Positions 9,392-18,747 of a stretch of 64,000 nt of DNA are shown piece by piece. A program made the translations under genes and the position numbers. Each line of letters begins with the position of its first letter. Within the stretch, counting starts at the first letter, position 1. Source of the stretch: an uncultured delta proteobacterium (GTDB lineage: Bacteria; Desulfobacterota; Desulfobacteria; Desulfobacterales; SpSt-501); NCBI GenBank assembly GCA_963828345.1, contig CAWHEZ010000004.1, forward strand, positions 64,539 through 128,538. The letters are read 5' to 3'. The notes beneath the pieces were generated by a model. That model searched no databases, was not told the DNA's origin, and was given only the letters and a program-made list of their open reading frames with translations.

Positions 9392-10303
9392 TCACTCCGC
9401 GCCGACGGCATATCCGAAACCGTCTCTGCCCATGTCGTTGCCGTTGTAGAACATGTAGGTCCGGTCTTTGTACGCCAGCAGAGACGGATAACACAACGTC
9501 CGGGAGTCCCACCCGGACTCCGAAAGCTCGATCCCGAGAGCCTCGTCGCGCCTCTGCCAGCGGATTCCGTCGGCTGACTCGGCGTACCCCGGGAAGTAGT
9601 TCCCCAGGGTGTCGCCCTTAGTGAAATACATCGCGTAGCCGCCGTTGCGTTTGTAGACCCGCGGCCGCCCGATCCGGTACTCCGCTCCCGCGACGTCGAT
9701 GCACAGCCGCCCCGGACGGTCGAACCGGATCCCGTCCGCAGACTCCGTATAGTGGATGTTGTATTTCGGATAGGGGACCCCGTTCAGCTCTTGCCAGCCG
9801 CTGCCGCTCGCGTACCACACCTTCCAGAGACCGTCTTCGAACAGGACGGTGTGAATGGCACGGATGAACAGCGAGCCGGCGTCCCGGTCCATGACCGGCG
9901 CCGGGCTGGTCCGCACGAAGGTCTCGCCGCCGTCGCGGCTGACGGCCAGCCCTGAGAAAGCCAGGAACTTGACCTGCTGCACCCGCTGAAAGCCGACGTA
10001 GTACATCCGCAGCGATTCGCCGTCCCGGACCACATCCCCCAGGATGACGCCGTTGTCGTCGAAGGCGCCCGGGACCCCGACGTCGAGGACCGGCCGGGCC
10101 GACACCTTGCGTACGACGGACGGGTTGTCCGCCGCGACGTCGACGTAGCCGATGCGGCTGACCCCCTCGGCGTCCCTGAAGCCGGCGTACACCCGGATCA
10201 CGTCCGGCGTGATCAGGATGGGCGTGGGCGTCAAGGCGGAGTGCCGCGCCCAGGGCGCGAACCCGCCCGGACCGTAAACCAATCCCTGCTTGATCCATTT
10301 CAT
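9392..10303 (-). CDS. hypothetical beta-propeller protein (GH32/43/130-like fold), function unknown
   Basis: 303-aa intact ORF with repeated Gly/Asp-rich blade-like segments (VYAGFRD, MYYVGF, VWYASGSG, MYFTKGD, MFYNGND). Tightly packed between glycan genes. Confidence 0.5.
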   Translation of the reverse strand: MKWIKQGLVYGPGGFAPWARHSALTPTPILITPDVIRVYAGFRDAEGVSRIGYVDVAADNPSVVRKVSARPVLDVGVPGAFDDNGVILGDVVRDGESLRMYYVGFQRVQQVKFLAFSGLAVSRDGGETFVRTSPAPVMDRDAGSLFIRAIHTVLFEDGLWKVWYASGSGWQELNGVPYPKYNIHYTESADGIRFDRPGRLCIDVAGAEYRIGRPRVYKRNGGYAMYFTKGDTLGNYFPGYAESADGIRWQRRDEALGIELSESGWDSRTLCYPSLLAYKDRTYMFYNGNDMGRDGFGYAVGAE

Positions 10304-10307
10304 GCGG

Positions 10308-10983
10308 CTAATCCGTTGGGACCCCGAAGGTCTCGTAACTCGATCTGGCGAGGGCCTTGGCCGGGTTGCCCACGTAGACCTTGCCCGGCTCGGTGTCCCG
10401 GACGACGACCGCCCCGGACCCGATGACGCAGTCCCGTGCGACGCGGATCTTGTCGTTGAAGGTGGCGTTCACGCCGACAAAGCAGGATTCGCCGATGTCG
10501 CAGAACCCGGAGATCACCGCGTGCGAGGCGATGTAGGCGTCTTGCCGGATCCGGGTCTGGTGCCCGACATGGTTCCCGCTCCAGAGAAATGACATTGTCC
10601 TCGACGACGACACCGTGCTGGATGACGTTGTTCTCGAGGATGAAGCAGTTTTCCCCTATGTGCGCCGTGCGCCAGACGAACGCCCGCGAGCTGACGTAGC
10701 TCGCGAATGCATAGCCCCTATCTTTCACCTGCCGGTAGATGCGGGCACGGACGCGATTGAGCTGGGTGTACGAGATGGCCACGAACGCCCGGTAGTCCTG
10801 CGGCGGGAAACGCTGCTCCACCGTTTCCAGGGGCACCACGGGCAGGTCGTAGAGCCGTTCCGTCTTTCTGTACTTCTCTTCGACGGCGAACCCGGCCACC
10901 CGCATGTCCGAGTCGTGCGTGAAGTACTCGCAGGCGAGTTGCGCCGTCTCTCCGTCCCCGATGATGATGAGTTCCTGTGGCAT
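10308..10983 (-). pseudogene. NeuD/PglD-family sugar N/O-acyltransferase (left-handed beta-helix), broken by one frameshift
   Basis: The N-terminal domain MPQELIIIGDGETAQLA...ENNVIQHGVVVEDNVI is in the frame of ORF 10300..11001. The hexapeptide-repeat C-terminus LWSGNHVGHQTRIRQDAYIASHAVISGFCDIGESCFVGVNA is in the frame of ORF 10308..10613. The junction is at an A3/T3 run around 10587-10589. Confidence 0.75.
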
Positions 10984-11047
10984 GGCACCTGCCGATCTCA
11001 AATGAGTGGAAAGATGTAGGTCACGATGAGCCCGGGGCGCCGGGGCT

Positions 11048-12109
11048 TCAATTCTTCATCTTCTTGAACGCCTTGCCTGTGATGGGGTTCCGCCCCAAGA
11101 CGCGCTTGAAGGAATACCTCAGCTCGATCCACGGCCGCCGCGCCAGCGACAGCAGCGCGAGCAGGAGCACGCCGGGATGGTAGCGGTAATACCTCAGGAT
11201 GCGGGCATCGCACATGTGGTCCACGTAATCCAGCGCCTGCTTGAAGGCCATGCGCTTGACGGCGGTGGCGTGCGGGCCCGGCATGTTCGCCCGGTAGAGA
11301 TTGTAAAAGACCACGAACTTGACCTTTTTCTTGGTCCGGATCCACTGCGGGTCGGACCGCGAGTAGGACTCTGCCGGAGTGCCGATCTCGCACACGCAGC
11401 GGGGCGAAACCGCCACGGACCCCACGGCGCTCAGGATGAAAATATATGCGCACACGTTGTCCTCGCCCGAGTTCAGCCGGCGGGCCAGGGGTGCGTTGAC
11501 CATGAAGGGCTCGTCGTACGCCCCCAGCGCCAGGGCCTTCTCGTGGTCCAGCACGATGGCCTGGGTCCAGTCCAGGCCGCCCCTCCGGTAGAGGCGGATG
11601 AACTCGTCCCCCGGCAGCACGTGCCAGTCCTCCTGGGAGCTCAGCGTGTCGGGGATTTCGAGCATCCGTCGGTCGCTGTTTTCAAACACGGAGTTCGCCA
11701 GGCAGAGGTGGCAACCGGGCCGGGAGCCCATCACCTGCACGGCGTCGGCGATGAAGCCGGGGTCGGTGAACCAGTTGTCGTGCGCGAAGGGCACCAGGTA
11801 CTTCCCCCGGGCTTGCCCGACGGTGAAGCGGAAATTGTCCATCACGCCGAGATTGCCGGTCTGGCGGTGGAATCGGATCTGAAACCGGTCGTTCTCGGCT
11901 CCTGCAAATTCGCGGACGACCCCCTCAAGCGGCCGGGGCGAGCAGTCGTCCGAGACGATCACCTCGAGCGGCCGGTACCGCTGCTCGAGCGCGGACTGCA
12001 GCGTTCGCCGCAGATAGTCCGGCTGGTTGTAGGCCGGGATGACGATGCTGACGAGATTTTCCTGGAGGGGCATTCGGCCGTCCTGGGCACGCTGAAATTC
12101 CGGGTGCAT
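11048..12109 (-). CDS. family 2 glycosyltransferase
   Basis: VSIVIPAYNQPDYLRRTLQSALEQ...VIVSDDCS (GT-A DxD region). 353 aa. Confidence 0.85.
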   Translation of the reverse strand: MHPEFQRAQDGRMPLQENLVSIVIPAYNQPDYLRRTLQSALEQRYRPLEVIVSDDCSPRPLEGVVREFAGAENDRFQIRFHRQTGNLGVMDNFRFTVGQARGKYLVPFAHDNWFTDPGFIADAVQVMGSRPGCHLCLANSVFENSDRRMLEIPDTLSSQEDWHVLPGDEFIRLYRRGGLDWTQAIVLDHEKALALGAYDEPFMVNAPLARRLNSGEDNVCAYIFILSAVGSVAVSPRCVCEIGTPAESYSRSDPQWIRTKKKVKFVVFYNLYRANMPGPHATAVKRMAFKQALDYVDHMCDARILRYYRYHPGVLLLALLSLARRPWIELRYSFKRVLGRNPITGKAFKKMKN

Positions 12110-12114
12110 GGGTA

Positions 12115-13219
12115 TTAACTGGGGCAGGCTGCCACAGCGTTTATGACCTGCTCCTGCAAGTCGGGCGTCAGATGAGGTCCCATGGGCAGGCTCAACACGG
12201 TTTCAGCGATGCGTTCGCTGACCGGAAACGCCCCGGGCCCGAAGCCCAGATCCGCATACGCATCCGAGCGGTGGGGCGGGATCGGGTAGTGAATCAACGT
12301 TTCCACTCCGGCTGCTGCCAGGTGCCGCTGAAGATCGTCCCGACGCGGATGCCGCACCACGAACAGGTGCCAGGCGGGTTCGACACCCTCGGGCACATGC
12401 GGCAGCCCGAGCGACGGCACCCGCGCCAGGCCCTCCAGGTAGCGCGCCGCGAGGGTCCGGCGCCGATCGTTCCAGTCGTCCAGGCGGGGGAGCTTGACCC
12501 GCAGCACGGCCGCCTGCAGCTCGTCCAGGCGCGCGTTGAACCCCTGGATCTCGTGGTGGTACTTCACCGCCGAGCCGTAGTTGCGCAGCCGCCGCACGCG
12601 GGCGGCCAGCGCGTCGTCGTCGGTCACCAGGGCGCCGGCGTCGCCCAGGGCGCCGAGGTTCTTGCCGGGGTAGAAGCTGAACGCGGCCGCGTCGCCGAGG
12701 CTGCCGGCGCGCCGGGTCCGGTAGCGTGCGCCCTGCGCCTGGGCGGCGTCCTCGATCACCTTCAGGCCGTGCCGCCGGGCCAGAGTCGACGATGGGCTGC
12801 ATGTCGGCCGGCTGGCCGTAGAGGTGCACCGGCATGACGGCCCGGGTCCGCGGAGTGATCGCCCCTCGACCCGGCTCCGCCGCGATGGTGTGAGTGGCCT
12901 CCTCCGGCTCGACCGGCACCGGGACCGCGCCGGTCCTGGACACCGCCAGCCAGGTGGCGATGAAGGTGTTCGTCGGCACGATGACCTCGTCGCCCGGACC
13001 GATCCCGTACCCTCGCAGCGCCAGCTCGAGCGCGTCGAGACCGTTGCTGATCCCGATGCAGTGGCGCGCCCCGCAGTAGGCGGCAAACTCGTTCTCGAAG
13101 CCCTCGACCTCCGGGCCCAGAACGTACCAGCCGGATGACACGACCCGCCGGACGGCGGCGTCGATCTCCGCCTGCAGCTCGCGGTAGGCGGCGCGCAGAT
13201 CCAGGAACGGGACGTTCAC
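12115..13219 (-). pseudogene. DegT/DnrJ/EryC1 sugar aminotransferase (FdtB/QdtB-like), broken by one frameshift
   Basis: The N-terminus from GTG 13219 ([16 protein letters not shown]...[17 protein letters not shown]) is in one frame. The C-terminus ([19 protein letters not shown]...[16 protein letters not shown]...) is in the frame of ORF 12115..13086. One extra nt lies around 12784. The start overlaps the fdtA-like stop (GTGA). Confidence 0.85.
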
Positions 13220-13638
13220 GCCGGGGTCTCCCGCACGCCGCGGATGAAGTCGGGGTAGTGGCGGTAGTAATCCGCTTCGTCGTAGAACTCGGAGGCCAGC
13301 GCGAGGCAGACCGAACCGGAGGAGAAATTGTCGATGTCGCGCCAGATCATGGGCGGGATGTAAAGCCCGTAGTAGGACCGGTTGAGGTGGAACTTGAGCT
13401 TGTTGAAGCCGTCGTCCACCGTGACGTCGAAGCTGCCGGACATGGCGATGAGGAACTGGTGCAGCGCCTTGTGGGCGTGACCGGCCCGCAGCGCTCCGCC
13501 CGGCACGTCGTAGAGGTAATACACGCGCCGGATGTCGAAGGGGATGTGGCGCGAGTTCTCCAGGAACGTGAGGTTGCCGCGCGCGTCGAGGATCTTGGGG
13601 AGGTCGATCAGCTTGCATTTGTCGGAAATCATGCTCAT
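13216..13638 (-). CDS. WxcM/FdtA-like cupin: dTDP-4-keto-6-deoxyhexose 3,4-ketoisomerase
   Basis: 140 aa. LPKILDARGNLTFLE...RVYYLYDVPGGALRAGHAHK motifs typical of FdtA/QdtA. Confidence 0.8.
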   Translation of the reverse strand: MSMISDKCKLIDLPKILDARGNLTFLENSRHIPFDIRRVYYLYDVPGGALRAGHAHKALHQFLIAMSGSFDVTVDDGFNKLKFHLNRSYYGLYIPPMIWRDIDNFSSGSVCLALASEFYDEADYYRHYPDFIRGVRETPA

Positions 13639-13967
13639 TCACCCTTTCATCCGGGGTCGGATCGGAGACAGCGCCGAGATGCCCCTGCAGCGGATGCACG
13701 GACCGGCTGCCTGCTCGAATCCGCAGCGGGTTCCTGATACAAAAAAAGGTGTTATGGACTACCTCACCGGCCAGTGATTGTCAACCAAACGCCCGCATCC
13801 GGGCCTGCGCCGGGCGGGGCGGCACGGGCGATCGCCGGGTCTATTCGGTTGACAACGCAACGCGGTTAAGGCAAAAAGGTTCATTTTTTCAGGATCCATC
13901 TGCCCTAGAGCGCGCACCGGCGGCCGCCCGCGCAATCCCCCGGTCCGATGAGGAGCTTCACCGGCAC

Positions 13968-15371
13968 ATGTCGACCACCCGGCACCTGCTCATACCCGTC
14001 GAAAACCAGGTTCGGGAGCTGGATCCCAAGCTGCTCCTGGCCTGTGTCGCGGCGCGGCGGGGATTCACGTCGGTCATCGGCTCCCGGCGCGAGATGGAGA
14101 TGCTGATCGACTCCTTCCCGCGCAGCATCTACCTCTCCAAGAGCATGACCGTGCGCAGCCTGCTCTTCTTCTGGGTGGCGGCCAAGTACGGGCACGAGAT
14201 CATCACCTGGGACGAGGAGGCCCTCGTCCACCTGCCCCCCGAAACCTACTTCAGCCGCCGCCTGCACCCGGCCGCCATCCGCTACGTCAGCCACCTGTTC
14301 GCCTGGGGGGAGGAAAACGCGGAGCTGTGGCGGCAGTACCCGGAGCTGCCCCGGGGGATCCCCATCCATGTCACCGGCAACCCGCGCAGCGACATGCTGC
14401 GGACGCAGATGCACCCCTACTACGCGGCCGACGTGGCGGCGATCCGCCGGGAGTTCGGCAATTTCATTCTCGTCAACACCAACTTCAACCACGTCAACGC
14501 CTTCGGGGCGGACATGAACCTCTTCAAGCCCGCCCGGCGGCCCGGGGAGCGGCCCCGCTTCGGCCGGGCCGCCCGCGGCATGAGCCGGGAGTACGCGGAG
14601 GGGCTGCGCGACCACAAGCAGGCGGTCATGGCCGACTTCGAGCGCATGATCCCCCTGCTGGAGGACAGCTTCCCGGAGGTCACCGTCGTCGTGCGACCCC
14701 ACCCCACCGAGAGCCACGACGTCTATCGCCGGCTCGCGGAAGGATGCCGCCGGGTGCGGGTGACCAACCAGGGCAACGTCGTGCCCTGGCTCCTGAGCGC
14801 CCGGGCGCTGATCCACAACGGCTGCACCACGGGGGTCGAGGCCTTCGAGCTGGGGGTCCCGGCCCTGAGCTACCGCGCCACGGTCAACGACACCTACGAC
14901 AACGGCTTCTACCGGCTGCCGAACGCGGTCAGCCACAACTGCTTCGGCTTCGACGCGCTGCGACAGACCCTGCGCGGGGTGCTGGACGGCGCGGTCACGG
15001 CGCCCGACACCGAGGAGCGCCGCCGGCTCGTCCGCCATCACCTCGCCGCCCAGGACGGCCCGCTCGCCTGCGAGCGCATTCTCGACGTCCTCGAGGGTGT
15101 CGCGACCGGGGCGCCCCGTTCCCGGTCCCTGCTCGGGCGCCTGGACGGCTGGGTCACTTCCAAGGGTCTGCACGCCCTGCGGCAGATCAAGTCCGTGCTG
15201 CCCGGCTCCCACAACCGGCCGGAGTTCCAGCGCCACCGCTACCCGGGCATGCCGCTCGAGGAAGTGGCCGAGCGCCTGGCGCGCTTCCAGAAGCTGCTGG
15301 GGGACACGACCCCGCTGGCGGTCGAGCCGGTCACGGCCACCATCTACCGCGTGCGGGCGGCAAGGGCCTGA
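13968..15371 (+). CDS. uncharacterised surface-carbohydrate biosynthesis protein, paralogue 1 (putative GT-B-like transferase)
   Basis: Start at MSTTRHLLIPVENQVRELDPK (ATG 13968). About 60% identical by eye to the next gene. Conserved blocks TWDEEALVHLPP, HVTGNPR, LVNTNFNHVNAF, VVVRPHPTE and HNGCTTGVEAF. Confidence 0.6.
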   Translation: MSTTRHLLIPVENQVRELDPKLLLACVAARRGFTSVIGSRREMEMLIDSFPRSIYLSKSMTVRSLLFFWVAAKYGHEIITWDEEALVHLPPETYFSRRLHPAAIRYVSHLFAWGEENAELWRQYPELPRGIPIHVTGNPRSDMLRTQMHPYYAADVAAIRREFGNFILVNTNFNHVNAFGADMNLFKPARRPGERPRFGRAARGMSREYAEGLRDHKQAVMADFERMIPLLEDSFPEVTVVVRPHPTESHDVYRRLAEGCRRVRVTNQGNVVPWLLSARALIHNGCTTGVEAFELGVPALSYRATVNDTYDNGFYRLPNAVSHNCFGFDALRQTLRGVLDGAVTAPDTEERRRLVRHHLAAQDGPLACERILDVLEGVATGAPRSRSLLGRLDGWVTSKGLHALRQIKSVLPGSHNRPEFQRHRYPGMPLEEVAERLARFQKLLGDTTPLAVEPVTATIYRVRAARA

Positions 15372-15381
15372 GGGCGCAGCC

Positions 15382-16791
15382 ATGTCCCGTCCACCGCTGA
15401 TCATCCCGGTCGAAAACCAGGTGCGCGAGCTCGACCCGAAGCTGCTGCTGGCGGCCGTCGCCGCGCGCCGGGGCTTCACCTCCATCCTCGGCTCGCACCG
15501 CGAGGTCGACTTCCGCATCGCCGCCTTCCCGCGCGGGCTCTACCTCAACAAGAGCTTCACCGACCGCAACCTGAAGATGTTCCAGATCATGCGCCGGCTC
15601 GGGCACCTCATCCTGACCTGGGACGAGGAGGCGCTCGTCCACCTGCCGCCGGCGATCTACTACTCGCGGCGGCTCTCCCCCACGGCCATCCGCTGCGTGT
15701 CCCATCTCTTCGCCTGGGGCGAGGACAACGCCGAGCTGTGGCGGCGCTACCCCGAGTTCCCCGCCGGGCTGCCGATCCACGTCACCGGCAACCCGCGCAA
15801 CGACCTGCTCCGGCCGGAGCTGCACCCGTTTTACGCGGACCAGGTGCGGGCCATCCGCGAGCGCTACGGCGACTTCCTGCTGGTCAACACCAACTTCAAC
15901 CACGTGAACGCCTTCTTCCCGGCCCAGAACCTGTTCCGGCCGGCGCAGACCCCCGGGGAGCCGCCCGTCTTCGGCAAGGCGGGCGTGGGCATGACGCGCG
16001 AATTCGCCGAGGCCCTGCGCGACCAGAAGCAGGCCGTGTTCGAGGCCTTCCTGCGCCTGATCCCGGAGCTCGCGCGCGCCTTCCCGCAGCTGGCCGTCGT
16101 CGTGCGGCCGCACCCGACCGAAGGGCAGGAGGTCTACAAGGGGCTCGCGGCCGGCAACGGCCGGATCCACGTCACCAACGAGGGCAACGTGGTCCCGTGG
16201 CTCATGGCGGCCCGGGCGCTGGTGCACAACGGCTGCACGACCGGGGTGGAGGCCTTCGTCATGCGCACCCCGGCCTTCAGCTACCGGCCCTCGATCTGCC
16301 CGGCGATCGACGACAGCTTTTACGTGCTGCCGCACGGCCTGAGCCACCAGTGCGTCACCGCCGCGGAACTGCTCGACCGGATCCGCGCGGTGCTGGACGG
16401 GCGGCTCGGCGCCGCCGGCGGCGACGCGCGCTCGGCGCTCGTCCACCGCTACCTGACCGGCCAGGACGGGGCGCTCGCCTGCGAGCGCATGGTGGACGTC
16501 CTCGAGACGATCGTGCAGGAGCGGCCCGGGCTGCCGGCCCCGCCGCTTCCGACCCGCGTCCTCGGCCGCCTGTTCGCCGAAGGCCGGTTCCTCGTGAAGC
16601 GGCTGAAAGCCTATTACCCCGGGTCCCACGCGCCCCCCGAGTTCCACCGGCACCGCTACCCGGACGTCACCGGGGAGGAGATGCTGCGGCGCATCCGACG
16701 CTTTCAGGACATCCTGGGGGACGATACCCCGATTCGCGTAGAGCCGATCGCCCCGCGCATCTTCCGCATCGCGCCCGAAGGCCGCCCGTAA
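15382..16791 (+). CDS. uncharacterised surface-carbohydrate biosynthesis protein, paralogue 2
   Basis: Start at MSRPPLIIPVENQVRELDPK (ATG 15382), 10 nt after paralogue 1. Carries the same conserved blocks. Confidence 0.6.
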   Translation: MSRPPLIIPVENQVRELDPKLLLAAVAARRGFTSILGSHREVDFRIAAFPRGLYLNKSFTDRNLKMFQIMRRLGHLILTWDEEALVHLPPAIYYSRRLSPTAIRCVSHLFAWGEDNAELWRRYPEFPAGLPIHVTGNPRNDLLRPELHPFYADQVRAIRERYGDFLLVNTNFNHVNAFFPAQNLFRPAQTPGEPPVFGKAGVGMTREFAEALRDQKQAVFEAFLRLIPELARAFPQLAVVVRPHPTEGQEVYKGLAAGNGRIHVTNEGNVVPWLMAARALVHNGCTTGVEAFVMRTPAFSYRPSICPAIDDSFYVLPHGLSHQCVTAAELLDRIRAVLDGRLGAAGGDARSALVHRYLTGQDGALACERMVDVLETIVQERPGLPAPPLPTRVLGRLFAEGRFLVKRLKAYYPGSHAPPEFHRHRYPDVTGEEMLRRIRRFQDILGDDTPIRVEPIAPRIFRIAPEGRP

Positions 16792-16892
16792 ACGGCGGAG
16801 GGGTATCGCTTGACAGCCGAAGACCGGTTCGGGTATAGATCACCGGCACGGACGCGTCACCGTCCGATTTTTTATTTTAGGGGTAGACGGAT

Positions 16893-17753
16893 ATGAAAGT
16901 CTTGATCCTGGGGTTGGGGAAATCCGGCACCACCGGCATGGTGTACAAGGTTGCGGGCGGGCTCCCGAACTGCCACGCATTTTCGGGCGGCAAGCCCGGC
17001 AAGTACAGCGGCGACTACGAAAACGCAGTCTACAAGCACACCTACGAAGAGCGCAAGGGCAAGAACTTCGAGGTCTACCGCAAGCACTTCGCCCGGTTTC
17101 AATACGACCGCAAGGTGTGGATGGCGCGCGACCCCCGGGACGCCGCCGTGAGCCGCATCCTCTACCGCTTCCACAAGGGGCTGCTGTTCAACCGCAAGCA
17201 GTACGAGGCCTACTTCGATCTCATCCTGAAAAAGGAGCAGAACCCCCGGGCGGTCCCGTTCATCGAGATCTGCCGCTACGCCAGCCACCTGGATTGGCCG
17301 GTCAGCCGTGAGAAGGTGATCGAGGAAGAGCGGGTGCGCTACAGCCGCATGCGGGATTTCGTGAAGGGCCTCGGCGAGGGGTGGTACCTCTTCAAGTACG
17401 AGGACATGGTCACCGGGCAATTCACGGACATCAACCGGTACCTGGGGTTCGAGCTGAAGTCCGAGGCCGAGGTGCCCAAGGGCACCGGCAAGGACAAGGT
17501 GGTGCGCAAGAAGGCCTTCGGGGACTGGCGCCACTGGTTCACCGAGGAGGACGTGGCGCTGTTCAAACCGGCCTACCTGCCCTACATGGAGGCGATCGGC
17601 TACGACTGCGAGGACTGGGCCCCGGCGGCCGATCCCGTGATCGAGCCGCAGTTCTCGTCGGTCTACGTCAAGAACCTGGCGAGCAAGGGCCACTCCAACG
17701 TCATCAAGCGGTTCTACGACAACCTCATGCAGCGCTACTACGCGCGGACCTGA
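16893..17753 (+). CDS. sulfotransferase-family protein
   Basis: N-terminal GLGKSGTTG resembles the PAPS 5'-phosphosulfate-binding loop and ARDPRDAAVS resembles the 3'-phosphate-binding motif. 286 aa. Confidence 0.7.
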   Translation: MKVLILGLGKSGTTGMVYKVAGGLPNCHAFSGGKPGKYSGDYENAVYKHTYEERKGKNFEVYRKHFARFQYDRKVWMARDPRDAAVSRILYRFHKGLLFNRKQYEAYFDLILKKEQNPRAVPFIEICRYASHLDWPVSREKVIEEERVRYSRMRDFVKGLGEGWYLFKYEDMVTGQFTDINRYLGFELKSEAEVPKGTGKDKVVRKKAFGDWRHWFTEEDVALFKPAYLPYMEAIGYDCEDWAPAADPVIEPQFSSVYVKNLASKGHSNVIKRFYDNLMQRYYART

Positions 17754-17779
17754 CCGGACCCGCGTTCGGCCCGTACCGA

Positions 17780-17810
17780 GACCACCGGCGAACGCCGGTG
17801 GTCTTTTTTT
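17780..17810 (+). terminator. rho-independent terminator after the sulfotransferase gene
   Basis: GACCACCGGCG-AA-CGCCGGTGGTC stem followed by T7. Confidence 0.7.
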
Positions 17811-17831
17811 GGGGCGGAATGGCGCCCGGCG

Positions 17832-18747
17832 TCAGTCGAACCGGATTTCCTTCAGGCGCAGGTCCACCCGGCCGATGACGGGAAACTCGCAGGCGCCCGC
17901 CAGCGGCAGGCGGCCGTCCGCGCTGACGGTGAGCTGGGCGTCCTTGAAAAAAGGTTCCACGTCGCCGTGGTATGAGCCGATCGGCGTGGCGCTCAACCGG
18001 ATGGTCACCGCGCCGGTCGATCCCGCGCGCCGCTCGGCCGCCTCCGCCGCGTCGCTCCAGGTAGTCGAAGGCGACCTGCGCCCGCCGCTCCGCCCGGAAG
18101 CGCACGAGGTGAAGCTGGCGCTTGTGGAAGACGCACAGCGGGTCGAGCTCGAAGATGCCCTGCGCGGCCGAGCTCGACATGCGGTAGACCAGCATCAAGG
18201 TCTCGGCCAGCGACGGGCAGCGGGCGGCGTCGGCCGGGCCGGCGTAGGCGTTCTCGCTCACGCGCGTCCAGTTCTCGGGCGGCCCGGCCGCCTGGGCGCG
18301 GTCCAGGGGTTCGTGCTGGCGTCTGAAAACCCCCTCCCGGCCGAACACGAACCACTGCGCATAATCGTCGCTGCCCTCGCGGCTGCGGATCGTGCGCAGC
18401 GGCGTCCCGGTCGCGGGGTCGAACCACACCCGGCCTTCCAGCCGGATGGGGGCGATCCCGATCGGGTCGATGGTGGCGAGGACCGTGAGCTTGAGCACGG
18501 TCGGGCCGCTCGGCCGCAGGGGCTCGCCGCGCACCGACGGCCACAGCCCGGCGGGCAGGGGCGCGGCCGGCTCGGGGTCCACCCGGACCTCGACCGTGAC
18601 CCGGCTGCCCAGCCGCTCGGCTTCGAAGCGAAACGACGTCCAGGGGACCGCCGGGGCGGCCTCCGACGCGGCCGGGGCGGGCCCGCCGCAGACCAGGCCG
18701 ACCAGGAGGGCCGTCGCGGCCGCGAGGGCATGGCACCGGCGGGTCAT
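17832..18747 (-). pseudogene. secreted hypothetical protein with signal peptide, broken by one frameshift
   Basis: The start ATG 18747 overlaps the upstream stop (ATGA). Signal-like MTRRCHALAAATALLVGLVCGGPAPAASEA. After ...QVAFDYL (about 18060) plausible coding sequence continues in another frame (AAEAAERRAGSTGAVTIRLSATPIGSYHGDVEPFFKDAQLTVSADGRLPLAGACEFPVIGRVDLRLKEIRFD) to the TGA at 17832-17834. The unshifted frame would instead run through the terminator into the sulfotransferase gene. Confidence 0.55.

Noticed and set aside
13848-13880. TTGACA at 13848 in the fdtA / paralogue-1 divergent region as a promoter.
   Set aside because: No acceptable -10 hexamer lies at 16-19 nt spacing (CAAAAA only), so it is not reported as a feature.
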